Below are positions 36,401-47,555 of a stretch of DNA of 64,000 nt, piece after piece. The translations under genes and the position numbers were made by a program. The stretch is taken from positions 62,001 through 126,000 of the forward strand of contig MEDY01000055.1 in NCBI GenBank assembly GCA_001724265.1. The letters are read 5' to 3'. Position 1 is the stretch's first letter. The number at the start of each line of letters is the position of its first letter. The notes beneath the pieces are model-generated. The model was not told the DNA's origin and did not search any database. It was given only the letters and a program-made list of their open reading frames with translations. This stretch comes from Rhizaria sp. SCN 62-66. Lineage: Eukaryota.

Positions 36401-39400
36401 CATCGGCGGCAGCGCCCTGCTCCCAGTCGCGCTGCCGGGTGCGTCGGCCGCGGACCTCAGCCGCGGGTCGCCGCACCAGTCGCCGCTTAACTCGGCGCGC
36501 GTGCGCACACAGACCAGCAGCGGCAGCCGCCACCACACGGCCGCGGACGCCTACTCCGGCCCGGCCAGCGCCACCCTTGGCGCGGTCCCTGCGGGCGCTG
36601 CCGGCGCGATGGGCGCTCTCTCTGCGCGCGGTCGCTCCGCCGCCACTAGCACCACCACTGCGCCGGTCACGCCCACCAAGTCCTCCGCGCCCCTTTCGGC
36701 CAGCGGCGGCGGCAGCGCGACGGCGCCGCGCACGCACACGCAGCACCACCACAGCGCGCGCGCCCCTGGCACTGGCGCCGGCGGCGCTGGCGGGGCGGGG
36801 CTGAGTCCCGTCCGCGTCCCCGGCTCCTCGGCCAACGCCGCCGGTGTCGCCATCGTCTCGCCCACCCGCGGCGCCAGCAACAGCATTGGCGGCCTGCGCC
36901 CGCCCCCGTCGCCGACGACCGTGAGCTCCGCCGCCGCAGCCGCAGCAGCCGCGGCCGGCGTGCCGGGCTCGGTGGCCAGCGGCGCGCGCGGCGCGTCCCC
37001 GCGTCCCCCGCGCTCCCCGGCCGCCAACGCGAGGCAGACGCCGCCGGGTCATTCCCCCACGGCCGCCGGCCCGGCGCTGGCCGCCGCGGCGGGGGCGAGC
37101 GGGAGCCCCGGCGTCACCGGCGGCGCGCAGTCGCTGTCCCCGGGCGGCGCGCGCTCGACCTCGGCGGCCTCATACCTGCAGCCGGCGGCCACAGCGCGGG
37201 CCTTCCAGCCCTCGTCGCGTGACCCCGCCGCGGGCGCGGGCGCCAACGGCACCAACGGAGATTTAAGACTTACTCTTAACTCGCCCGGCGCCGCTGCGGC
37301 TGTCGCAGCTGCCGCTGCCGCTGCGGCCGCGGCTGGCAGCGGCGGCGTCAGCGCGCGCAACCCCTCGTGCTCCGCCGGTCACGTGTCGCTGGCCGACAAC
37401 GTCTACCGCGGGCGCAGCGGCGTCGCGAGCGCGGTGCCCAGCTCCGTGTCGGGCGTGTCCTCGCTGCCGCCGGCCTTTGCGGGCGCGGTCGCGATGCTGA
37501 TGCAGGCCGACTCGGTGGTCAACTCGGCCTCAGCTACCTCAATGTCGGGTCCCTCGCACATCACGTCCCCCACACCCGGCAGCAGCTCCGCGCACCCCAA
37601 CTCGTCTTCGTCCTCCTCGCTTGCGCGCGACGCGGCGGGCGGCGCGGCGGTGACCGCGGGCAGCACCGCCGCCAGCGGCAGCTACCACAGCTCGGGGCCC
37701 GCGCACGGCGCGCTCGGCGTCAACGTCGGCAGTGGTGGCTGGCTGGGCTCCCCGTCGCATCCGCAACAGCTGCACAACAGCAGCTACAGCTCCGGCGCCG
37801 GCGGTGCCAACTACTACCAAGGCGGCAGCGCGCTGGGCGCCGCGGTGTCCGCGTCGCCGCCTGCGCCAGGGATGACGGTGAGCACGCCCAAGGGCAAGAG
37901 TGCGCTTCACCCGTCCGGCGCGCCGCTGCCGCCGCACTCGTCCACAGGCGGGCCCATCGTCGGCCCGGCCGTCTCGCCGTACCTGCTGCCTCAACGCCCG
38001 CGCGGGCTCTCGACGCTCACGCAGGTCACCTCGGCCTCGGGCACGTCGGGCTTCACGCTCAGCTCGCTCATCTCGTCCGTGACGTCGATCGCGTCCAACT
38101 CGACGCCCACCTCGTCCTCGGGCGGCAATACGCAGTCGGACCCGCCCTCGGCCACGCACCAGCAGCAGGCGATGACGGGCCCGCTGTCGCCGGTCAAGGC
38201 GCTCAGTCCCGGCGTAGCGCCGGAGATCTTTTCGCCCCTGTCTAGAAACACGGATCCACAGGGCGGCACCAGCAGCAGCGGCCCCGCCAGCGGCGCCGCC
38301 TCGGCCTCCGCGGGCGGCACCGGTACTGGCGATACGAGCTCCAGCGTGGCCGAGGCTGGCGACGCGCACAGCCACACCGGCGGGCTCACGGGCCGCAGCG
38401 GCCGCGGCAGCAGCGTCGTCGCCGTCGGTGGCGGCCACGCGCACGGCCACGGTCACGGCGCGGGCACTGGCACGGGCTCCCAGCTCGGCAGCCACACCTC
38501 GGTCATCCCGGGCGCGCCTGTGACCGTGGGCGGCGGGCTCAACCCCATCGCGGCCGCCGCCGTGGTCTCCGCGAGCGTGGCCTCGGGCCTCGGCACCAGC
38601 GCCAGCACCAGCAGCTCGGGTCCCTCGGTCCCCGGCTCCGGTGAGCGCAACGGCCGTCCGCTCGGCGGCCAGGCGCAAGCCCAGTCGCAGTCGCAGGGCC
38701 AGAGCTTCGCCGGCTACGGCCAAGGGTTCAACGGCGCTGGCAGCGGTCACTTCGCCGGCTACGCGGCCGTCACCATCGGCGGCAGCCTTAGTCCCCCACT
38801 GATCGGCGTCTCGTCGCCCCACGCGCACATCAACGGCGCCGGCGCCGGCGCGCACCACGCTGGCTACGGCGCCGGTCAGGCGAGCCACCTCACGCTGCCG
38901 GGCCACGTGCGCGTGCCCTCGACGTCGTCCTACCGCTCCGCCACAGGCTCCGCCGCCGGGTCCGCGACCGCGGGCCACAGCGGCGACTCGGCCCCGCACC
39001 CGCTGCTCTTCGCAGCGCCGTCGCTGCTGAACCAACCGCTGGCGCACGTGAACACCAGCTCTGCGGGCGGGCTCTGGTCCGACCGCTCGGAGCGCCAGCC
39101 GGGACTGCTGTCGTCGACGCACTCCGCCACGCAGTACTTCGAGCCCAGTGTCACCAACAGCACTGGCGGCGGCGGCGGCAGCGTGCAGCGGGTGCTGACG
39201 CCCAACCACAGTTTCGGCCACGGTGGTGGCAGTGCGAGTGGAGGCGTGCCGCTGTCGTACATCGGCTCCGGTGGGCTGGGCATGCACTCGCTCGCGCAGT
39301 CGCAGGCGCACTCACTGCACCTGCACCACCACGCGCAGCCCGAGGCGACGTTCACGAACCCGCTGTACGTGTCTGGCAGCACCTACTCGGCCGTCGACCA

Positions 39401-40190
39401 CAGCGTTTTCAACCATCCTGTGTCGACCCCCAACGGCGCGCCCACGGCGCTCACGCTCGCGCCCAGCGCCAGCGCCAGCACGCTGCTCTCGGGCCGCAAC
39501 GGTGCCGGCAGCAGCAGCGCGGCGGGCAGCGCGGCGGGGCACGGCCACGTGCTCGCCTCGCCCCTCGGCTCCGCGGTCCCCGCCGTGAGGAGTGGCAACA
39601 GCGCAGTGGCGACTACCACCGGCATTGGCGGCGCGGGCATTGCACTCGCGGCGTCCCCGGCGCCCTCGGCGCAGTCGTCGTCGTACGGCGCGGCGACGCT
39701 GCTGAGCCAGCGCTCGCAGGGTGCCACAAACCGCGGCTTCGCGTCCCCCGGCGTCGACGGGCTCGAGGGCTCGGGTGGCGCGCTGTCGCCGTCGCTGCGC
39801 ACGCCCATCATCACACGCATCGGCTCCGGCGGCGTTATACCGCCCTCGCACTCGCTCCTGCTCGCACAGGGCGGCGCTGCCGCTGCGGGCGCGGGCGCAG
39901 GCGGCAAAACTAAGCTCGGCGGCGCCGCTGGTGCCGCTAGATCCGGCTGGGAGCCAGTGAGCGCTGCAAATACAAACAACGCATTCGGCCGTGCCGCCGG
40001 CTCGGGCGGCTTGGGCACGACCGCCGGCGCCGCCGCGGCTGCTGCAACTGCCGCCGCTGGCGGCGCTGTCGGCGAGGGCGAGACTGTGAGCAGACGCGCG
40101 ACGCTGACAGCGGCCTTTGCCACTCTGGGCAGTATGCAGGGAGGCGCGAGCAAGCCCGGGAGTGACCGTGACGGCGGGCCTGCTGCGTAA
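2646..40190 (+). CDS. Giant four-domain (4x6TM) voltage-gated cation channel alpha subunit, Cav/Nav superfamily, ~12,514 aa if the internal TAG at 6312-6314 is decoded
   Basis: ORFs 2646..6314 and 6342..40190 are in the same frame, with a single TAG as the only stop between them. Four 6TM repeats with S4 and pore-loop motifs lie at ~5646-6548, ~20560-21845, ~25120-26055 and ~26220-27040. Also present: a short III-IV linker, a C-terminal EF-hand-like segment (HFDEFVEIWAMFD...LPTLLRAI), pre-IQ (GSVSFKAVLYALVR) and IQ-like (YATLRMQRAFLRRK). Ends TAA. Start codon uncertain. Confidence 0.85.
4941..4979 (+). repeat. Pure (CAG)13 polyglutamine microsatellite; further CAG/CAA polyQ tracts near 10682-10745 and 18367-18450
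   Basis: Read directly from the sequence. Confidence 0.9.
5646..6548 (+). other. Channel repeat I (S1-S6), interrupted by an in-frame TAG in the S5-P turret
   Basis: S4 LRYLPAIRIVRFFRVF; turret GRLCP*YFEC; pore SFSNVLLSSVVVFRIVVIESW; S6 IFIGNFFLLNFVAAVVVNEF, resembling Cav/Nav IS6 (IFLGSFFxLNLxLAVV). Confidence 0.85.
6630..6915 (+). other. DEP-like domain at the start of the channel I-II linker
   Basis: HQCATGKALAGFLLKSEICTSRKDAVRMLHRMLSLRILHEV...FFTDATHFYSF fits the DEP pattern (CFxGxELVxWL...SRxEAVxLxxxLLxxGxIxHV...FxD...FYxF). Confidence 0.7.
8262..8570 (+). repeat. Coding tandem repeats encoding 11 Thr-Pro-Arg motifs (GAATPRAH, PPQTPRAG, MTPRAG units)
   Basis: Visible directly in the translation; 24-nt and 21-nt DNA repeat units. 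Confidence 0.85.
20560..21845 (+). other. Channel repeat II (S1-S6) with a long S2-S3 insertion
   Basis: S1 ELFEWVSALFVIMYCTCISLY; S2 CTGVFMLEIMIRLLAL; S3 FWESPMCIIDLIHV; S4 FLRLIKLIRLA; pore FNSFWFSLASTLFILFPDNW; S6 LILNQFTLVMVIENF. Confidence 0.85.
25120..27040 (+). other. Channel repeats III and IV joined by a short conserved linker
   Basis: Repeat III: FVRSAWCMLDVII, LARPVRLA, LWSGQLYKCND...C, SFNNIVTSVVSLLKLINFDEW. Linker: FERVKAENDGTNRLSEPQLNWV. Repeat IV: KLFGLGWKQYWGANWNR, NANFASFLVSFVVMMRIATADLW, FLVIPLFTAIVLQS. Confidence 0.88.
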
Positions 40191-41162
40191 GCTAGTGTGA
40201 GCGGCAGCAAGCTTCGGTTTGCTTTTCGGCCGCAGACCGCTCGGTCAAATCGTGTTGGTGCTCGTCCTTCCTCGCAGATGTATGTCATGTTCTTCGAGGC
40301 ACTCTTCCCCGAGTGTCTCACCACTTTATCTTTTATTATTGATGATGATGTCAACAAGTTGTGCGTAGACACATGTAGTAGACATGCACGTCATATCTAG
40401 CATGATATCAATCTAGCATGATTGATGTTTTGCAAACATGTGTTCTATGACACGCATACTTGTGTGACTTGCTGTATGAGATGTTTTCACTGCCATAAGG
40501 ATCTTTTTGGGACTCGCGGCGTGTAACACTCTCAAAACCATATCTTTAGTTTGCATTTTGTTATTTTTCTCCTTGACAACATCTAATTAAAACCGCAGAT
40601 GTTGAACACTCTCTGTAATATCATGATTTATTGTCTCTACGACTGGAGACCTTGTACTTGAACATGTGTGTTTTGCTTTAATACTCGTGCTATATCTGTC
40701 AATATGACAATAATTTAATAAATTAGTATCATTATCTTCCACCCCACGCTCTCGCCGTAAAATGAAATCCACAGCTGCTTGTTAAAACGAATTTGAAGTG
40801 GAGTGTAACATCTGACTCGGCTTAAGAGCTTGCTGCGTTTTTGTGGTCGAGACAAGGGGTCGGTCGGTCTCTGCTTCCGGTGAAGTTAGGCCGCGGCTGT
40901 CGGTCAGTCGCTGAGCCGGGCGCAATGGAGTTCGCAAAACATCGAGTTTCTCATATTCGTATCATTCCGTTGCGATCTCTTTCGTGATTACATGTAGTAT
41001 CCACTTGGACAATGTATTATTTAATTTAGTACTGCATCTTGTGGTCATTAATGCAGTCAATATGCAAGTATGCGGGCACGGCGAAACCGGTCAACGTTCA
41101 GACACTCACCTCCTTTGCTTTACCAATTCAACCACACTATTCATGCGCTCCGTAGACACAAA

Positions 41163-42284
41163 ATGGCCAAGAAGCCCGTTGAGTCCTCTTCCGACTCCTC
41201 CTCCTCCTCCGATTCCGAGGTCCAGACCAAGAAGGTCGCCGCCAAGAAGACTGTCAAGGCCCCCGTCTCTGACTCTTCCGACTCCGACTCCTCTTCCGAG
41301 GACGAGAAGCCCGCCCCCAAGAAGGCCGCTGCCAAGAAGGCCGCTGCTTCCTCTTCCGACGACTCTGACTCTGAGGACGAGAAGCCCGCCCCCAAGAAGG
41401 CTGCCGCCAAGAAGCCCGCTTCTTCCTCCTCTTCCGAGGCCTCTGACTCCGACTCCTCCGAGTCCGAGGACGAGGTCCCCGTCAAGAAGGCCAACGCCGC
41501 TCCCAAGGCCGAGGCTTCCGAGGATTTCGCCCTCAAGAGCGACACCGTCTTCGTCGGCGGCCTCCCCTACGACACCACCGAGGAGGACGTCAAGGCGCAC
41601 TTCTCCGAGGCCGGCGAGGTCACCTCCCTCCGCATGCCCACCTTCCCCGACTCCGGCCGCTTCCGCGGTGTCGCCTTCATCACCTTCGCCGAGGAGGCCG
41701 GTGCCCAGGCCGCGCTTAAGTTCGACCAGACCAACTTCGGCCCCCGCTACCTCGTCGTCAAGCTCGCCGACTCCCGCCCCGGCAAGCCCGAGGGCGGCGA
41801 GAAGCCCGACTTCAGCAAGCGCGGCCCCTCCGCCCGCCCTGACAACTGCAAGACCGTCTTCATCGGTGGCCTGAGCTTCACCGCGACCGAGGACGACCTC
41901 CGCGCCACCTTCGGTGACTGTGGCACCATCGCCTCTGCCCGCATCGCCTGGGACCGCGACAACGACCGCTCCAAGGGCTTCGGCTACGTCGACTTTGAGG
42001 AGGACGACGCCGTCGACAACGCCGTCAAGCTCACCGGCACCAACGTCGCCGGCCGCCCCGTCCGCGTCGACTACTCCGCTCCCCGCGACTCCTCGGCCCC
42101 CCGTGGCGGTGGCGGCCGCGGTGGTGGCTTCGGCGGTGGCCGTGGCGGCGGCTTCGGCGGTGGCCGTGGCGGCTCTGGCTTCGGCGGCGGCCGTGGTGGC
42201 GGCCGCGGTGGCCGTGGCGGCTTCGGTGGCAACAACAGCTTCGGTGGTGCTGCCCCCGCGGGTCGCAAGATCTCCTTCAACTAA
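41163..42284 (+). CDS. NSR1: Nucleolin / NSR1 / Gar2-like nucleolar RNA-binding protein (373 aa)
   Basis: N-terminal alternating Ser/acidic and Lys/Ala/Pro blocks, two RRMs (TVFVGGL...RGVAFITF; TVFIGGL...KGFGYVDF), RGG/GAR tail ending GRKISFN. Strong C/G-ending codon bias. ATG at 41163 in an AA-ATG-G context; stop TAA. Confidence 0.92.
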   Translation: MAKKPVESSSDSSSSSDSEVQTKKVAAKKTVKAPVSDSSDSDSSSEDEKPAPKKAAAKKAAASSSDDSDSEDEKPAPKKAAAKKPASSSSSEASDSDSSESEDEVPVKKANAAPKAEASEDFALKSDTVFVGGLPYDTTEEDVKAHFSEAGEVTSLRMPTFPDSGRFRGVAFITFAEEAGAQAALKFDQTNFGPRYLVVKLADSRPGKPEGGEKPDFSKRGPSARPDNCKTVFIGGLSFTATEDDLRATFGDCGTIASARIAWDRDNDRSKGFGYVDFEEDDAVDNAVKLTGTNVAGRPVRVDYSAPRDSSAPRGGGGRGGGFGGGRGGGFGGGRGGSGFGGGRGGGRGGRGGFGGNNSFGGAAPAGRKISFN

Positions 42285-42876
42285 GTGCCTTATCATTAAC
42301 TCACACTTCACAAAAACGTTTAGTGTGTCGGCTCTCAGTTGTCGTTTGCAGGTGTGACAGACCGATCAGAGACTCTGCTGCTGCGAAGCAAACACACATA
42401 ATAGCTTAAATAATGCCGTTGTTTGTTGTACACCGCTAGTTGCTGACCTTTTCGGTTCAATCAATGTCGCATCCGTGTTGTTATTAATAATGCGCCCTGC
42501 AGTCGTCCGTCTCTTATCTAAGCAAATGACTGAACGGGACTCGGGGGCATTGTGGGAGGACGGTGGAATGGAAAATATACTTACTTATTTTCTTGTCGTT
42601 ATATACCTATTTTATGCAGTTTCTCAGATACAGCAATCATCTTTTTTCACAGCAAAAATCAGCAAACCCACTACTCGTTACACAGCACACCCAAGTTTAC
42701 CCCCAGATGAAAAATACATCGCATTTCAATTATCCATGCAGTAATGAGTATGCTCACGATACAGCAACGGTCTTGTTGTTTAACATATCTTACCATCAAA
42801 CTTATTATGCATTATTTAAATGTGACAGCGAAGTTTTTGCGTCAACAACACAGAGTCCGCCATCCATCCATATGGG

Positions 42877-42889
42877 ATTTTTGCGAACC
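42877..42889 (+). promoter_or_regulatory. Candidate upstream motif ATTTTTGCGAACC
   Basis: An exact 13-bp copy occurs on the sense strand upstream of the CCCH gene (63862-63874). Related TTTTGCG/CGCAAAA cores lie upstream of nucleolin and the 48150 gene. Confidence 0.35.
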
Positions 42890-42993
42890 ACAGTCGGTTG
42901 GTGATGACCGTGACTTGCTTCGAATTCGAACCTTGAGCTTGATTTCAAACCTCTTCTTGGGCTGCAACCACCTTTGGGTTTACGAAATTACTG

Positions 42994-45900
42994 ATGCCCC
43001 CTCGTCGTAGCTCTCGGTACGTTTATATATCGTTCAATTAAATTTCAATCGGATCATCCTGGACGCGACACAATCAGTGCCCGTTCACCTTCATTTCGCG
43101 CGCGTCCCGACCCAACCTAGTCGTTACATCGTTTCTACCACGCCCCTGCTTTGGCGACGCGCCCGACTCACAACTAAACCCCGGTTTCATAATTCCCCGC
43201 ATTGTTTTCATCTAGCGTGGCTGAGACCTCTGATGCGAGTGCGGCAGAGATTGTCATCGAGAGCCGGTACGTTTCCTAAACCAACCCCTAACCGTTGTAC
43301 AGATCGGCCAACCCAACCGACAGTTGCGTTCTCCAGCTCCGGCCCCTCTCCCTGTTTTTCAATGCAGCTCTTTGCTCGTACGCATCATATCAAAACCCAT
43401 CTAATATTTGTATTTGGGCTTCTTCGCCTATCATTACCCCCTGATATGATCTGCCTTCTTTTCAGTGCCGCGTCCTCCCGCGCCAGCCGCACGGTGACCG
43501 CCTCCGCGCGCCGCCGCGGCGCCTCGCAGCGCCGCGCTCCGATCGAGGAAGAGGTCGCCCGCGAGCTCTCCTTTGAGGAGACCACGGACGCTGACTCCGA
43601 GTTCGGTTACGTCGCCCCTTCGGCCAGCGCCTTCTCCGTGGACCGTTCCTACGTCTCCGCCAGTAAGGTTTCAGCCGGCATGAAGTCGCCCGCGCAGTAC
43701 ATCGCCGAGCGCGACTCGACCATCTTTCAGGTCGACGCCTGCGACTGGGTAGTCCAAGACCCGCACGACGTTCTCATCCCCAGCACGCGCGCCTCCAACA
43801 CCCCCAAGCACACGTCCGTCATCCCCGACCTCACGCTGGAGCATCGCGCCCCGGTCGTGCCCGTCGCGCCGCCGCTGCCCGCGCTGCCGCCCGTGGAGGA
43901 GTTCTGGGACGTGGTTTACGACGTCTTTCCTTTTGTCTTCAAGGGCCCCGGCATCCGCATTGCGATCGCGATCGCGGGCGTCGCGCACAAGGGCACCGCG
44001 CTCAAGCTCGAGGCGCTGCACGCCCGCTACTCGAGCCGCCCGTTCCACTTCCCCGGCAAGCTCCTGCTGGTGCTCGCTCTCGCCGCCTTCTTCCTCCTCG
44101 TCTCGGCCCCCGCCGTGGCGTACCTGCGCGCGCAGACCTCGGCGGGCCCCGTTAAGCTCTCCGGTGGCGGCGTGGTCACGGAGCAGGACATGAACCGCAT
44201 TGGCGACCGCGTGCTGGCGGCCGTCAAGGCCAACGTCGGCGCGCTCGACCTCGTCGTCATGCCGCAGCTCGTGGCCGCCGAGAACAAGCTTACCACCGCC
44301 TTCACCGGGCTCAACACGCAGCTCGGCGCCCGCGCCACGCAGGACCTGACAGCGCTGCGCGTGGAGCTGCTCAAGTCGCTGCAGAGCGAGATCACGAGCG
44401 CCGTGTCGACAGGCAAGAGCGACCTCAGCGCCTTCGAGAAGGCCGCGCAGAGCAAGTTCGTGGTCAAGCCCGAGCTGGTGGCCGTCGCAGCCAAGTCCAA
44501 GGCTGACGTCGACGCCCTCGCGGCCGCGGCCAAGTCGGCCTACGTGACGCATCCCGAGCTGGACGCCGTCGAGAAGACGCTGCGCCAGTGGACGGAGCAG
44601 CAGATCGCCGCGCAGACGGCCAAAACTAGCGCCACGCTGACCGCCGCCGCGGCCGCCGCGGGCGACAAGCTGCGCGCCGAGTTCGCCGCCGCCGCCGCCG
44701 CCGCCTCGACGGGCACGGCCAAGGACATCGAGCTGGTGCGGGTGAAGCTGACCTCGCTGGTCGAGACTGAGGTGCTGCGCGCGTCGCAGGCGTCTCAGAC
44801 CTCGTGGACGGCGGCGCTGGAGAAGATGCGCCTTGAGCTCGCGGGCGGGAACCTGGCCGAGACGCTGACGGTGCAGATCCGCAGCAAGATCATGGACGGC
44901 GTGACCGCCGACGCGACTAAGGCCGCGATGGCCGCCGCCGAGCGCGCCGGCAAGGCGAGCTTCGACGCCAACCTGGCCGCATCGGTCAAGGCCGCCAAGG
45001 AGGCCGCCGCTGAGGTGGCGCGCGCCGAGGCCGACCGCGCGATCGCGGCCGCCATGCTGTCCTCGACTGCGGCCGTTGCGGGCGCGTCGCAGCAGGCCAA
45101 CGTGGCCGAGTCCCGCGTCGCCGCGGCGATCGAGAAGGCCCACAGCGCGGCCGCCGACGCCGCGCGCGCGCAGGCTGAGGCCGCCGTGTCGGGCACCAAG
45201 GCGTCCCACGCCGAGGCCACGGCCAAGGAGGCGCTCGCCGCCGCCACCAAGCTCTCAGAGCAGTCGGCCGTCGCCGCGGCGACGCTCGACGCGCGCTTCA
45301 AGGACGTCATTGAGTCGGCCTTCGCTGCCAACTCTCCCGCCTGGTCGCGCGCCCGCGCCGAGCTGCTCGCCGCTGCCGCCACGGCCGCGGGCGAGGCCGC
45401 CGCGTCGATGCGCGCGTCGCTGGAGAAGGACCTCGCCGCCGTCGCCGCGACGGTCGCCGAGGAGAAGGCCAAGCTCGCTGCGCTCACTGCCTCCGTGTCG
45501 GCCGTCGAGGCCCGCGTCGGCAAGACCGAAACCGAGCTTGCGGCGCTCCGCACCGACTCCACCGCGGCGCGCACAGCCGCCGACTCGGCCTCCGCGGCCG
45601 TGGTCGAGCTGCGCAAGCGCGTTGAGGTGATCGTCACCGCGTCCGCCACCGGATCGAGCATCGACGCCGCTGAGCTGCAGCGCGTCACCGCGCTCGTGGC
45701 CGCCGTAGAGGAGCGCGCTGCCGCGGCCGCCAAGGAGACCGAGGCCGTCGCCAAGCAGGCCAAGGACGCCGCCGCCGCCGCTGCCTCCGCCGCGGCCACT
45801 GGCGCCGAGGCCAAGCAGGCCGCTGCCGCCGCCAAGGATGCCGCCGCCGGCGCCGCCTCTGCGGCCCAGGTCGAGGCCCTTGAGCGCCAGATCGCCCAGC

Positions 45901-46646
45901 TGTCGGCCGTCGCGGCCGCCGCCAAGGACGCCGCCGCCAAGGCGAGCGCCGAGGCCGAGGCCGCGCGCGCCGCGTCGGCCGCCGCGACGGCCGCGGCCGC
46001 CGCCGGCATGGACGCCGCGACGCTGCGCAGCCGCATCGACGACGCGCTCGAGGTGTTTGCCGCGGACCGCACCGCGATGGTCGACTTCGCGGCCAAGGGC
46101 GCGGGCGGGCGCGTGCTGGCGCACACGGCGACGCACACGCCACAGTACTCGAGCAACCAGTTCATGTCGTGGCTGACGTCGTGCTACGTGCCGACCAAGG
46201 CGCCCGAGACGCTGATCGAGGCCGGCATGGAGGCGGGCTCGTGCTGGCCTATGGCCGGCTCGCACGGCTTCGTCTTCCTGCAGCTCATCGCGCCCATCAA
46301 GGTGAGCAAGATCACGCTGCAGCACCTCTCGCACACCATCGCGACCAACATCACCACCGCGCCCCGCGGCTTCCGCCTGCACGGCGTCACGGCCCAGGCC
46401 GCCGCTGCGTGGCGCGACGCCGGCGCCAAGGAGTCGGACGAGCCCGCGGGCGCGCTGCTGGGCGAGTTTGCCTTCGACGCGCTGGGCCCGCGCGCGCTGC
46501 AGACGTTCACCGTCGCCAAGTCGGCGGCGGCGGAGCAGGTGTACAGCCACGTCAAGGTCGAGGTGCTGAGCAACCACGGCAACCAGGACTTCACATGCAT
46601 CTACCGCGTCCGCATCCACGGCGAGACCGCCAAGGTCAACGCGTAA
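42994..46646 (+). CDS. SUN-domain (Sad1/UNC-84) inner nuclear membrane protein, 1084 aa; exons 42994..43016, 43216..43266, 43466..46646
   Basis: Splicing two GTACGT...YAG introns gives MPPRRSSRVAETSDASAAEIVIESRAASSR... in frame. One TM helix (LLLVLALAAFFLLVSA, ~44060-44125), an Ala-rich coiled coil, and a C-terminal SUN domain (DFA..GAGGRV...GSCWPM.G...ITLQH...APRGF...SNHGNQDFTCIYRVRIHG). Stop TAA. The two small 5' exons are inferred. Confidence 0.88.
43017..43215 (+). other. Intron 1 of the SUN gene (199 nt, phase 2)
   Basis: CG|GTACGT donor, pyrimidine-rich TTTTCATCTAG acceptor, frame-consistent join. Confidence 0.7.
43267..43465 (+). other. Intron 2 of the SUN gene (199 nt, phase 2)
   Basis: CG|GTACGT donor, CCTTCTTTTCAG acceptor, with GC-rich coding sequence resuming immediately after. 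Confidence 0.75.
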
Positions 46647-46959
46647 GCGCGGTGCTGAGTGATGTGGCCAAGAGAAACACGGCGACGACGACGAGACTTG
46701 TGAGCGAGCGCGTGTTGTGTTTCTTGTGGTGTCACAATATTTGTCAAGACGGGAAGAATGAAGATCAGCCCTCTGATAAGAAAATAGTACATATGATATA
46801 AGAACGATTCAATTTCAAGTAATAGCATTCAAACTAGAAAAACTGATAACTAACAAACCCAAAATATAACAAATCAATTCCAAATCACCCTAAATAAACT
46901 AAAAACTTGCATTTTCATTCATCTCTCTCTTTAAGTGACAACTTGGCGAGTCGCCCGCG

Positions 46960-47555
46960 ATGACACTGTCGGAGTACCTCATGTTCAAGTATCTTTTAAG
47001 AGGCTTTTGACGTCCCAGCAACGCACAGTACGAGCAATGTATTCAGATATGCGTGGAAAACACCCTTATTGATGATCTTCTCAAGATGCTACCGCTAGCA
47101 GTGAGCTCTGCCTTCTATCGCTAGACGACTCTGAAGATTGTTGAGATACTAGATTTCTTTGCCCACACTGAGGCCGGCCGTAACACCTCGCTCCGCAGCA
47201 ACACCATTGATGTATTCTGTACGTGCTTTCGAGACCCCGCCATGCCGATGTGTTGCTAGCGCTCCTTAGCGCTCTGCTCGGGCTTGTTCTGGCGCGCCCC
47301 CCAGACGCGATGACGTACACTGCACCTGACGCACGTCTGCGCGGCATCATCTGCAACAACAAGAGCCTCAAGTTGCCTCAGGGCGCCGGCAAGTGGCATC
47401 GGCAACTTAAGAGGACACTCGCAAGTTCTCTTAACACAGATGCGGTGGTGCGACCAACGGTAGCGTGGGGCGGCTGTGAACACTCAAAGTGGTACAGCGC
47501 AAAAACACACATGTTAAGCGCCAATGTCAGCACGACGCCGTTCAAAACATGGTAA
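46960..47555 (+). pseudogene. Possible decayed coding fragment, helical ARM/HEAT-like
   Basis: Frame from ATG 46960 reads MTLSEYLMFKYLLRGF*RPSNAQYEQCIQICVENTLIDDLLKMLPLAVSSAFYR*TTLKIVEILDFFAHTEAGRNTSLRSNTIDVFCTCFRDP. A second frame then continues HADVLLALLSALLGLVL. Protein-like by eye only. Confidence 0.2.

Noticed and set aside
2583-40372. Many long antisense and alternate-frame ORFs overlapping the channel (e.g. 20952..23513 minus, 853 aa; 2583..4655 minus, 690 aa)
   Set aside because: Shadow ORFs expected from high GC and codon bias. Their translations are Arg/Gly/Ala-rich with no recognisable domain.
41106-42311. 401-aa antisense ORF mirroring nucleolin
   Set aside because: Explained by avoidance of TTA/CTA/TCA codons on the sense strand.
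43077-43465. ORF-track N-terminal extension of the SUN protein
   Set aside because: It runs through sequence with clear splice signals and non-coding composition; the spliced model is better supported.
47069-47134. Possible box C/D snoRNA (TGATGA ... CTGA)
   Set aside because: No convincing terminal stem or recognisable rRNA-complementary guide.
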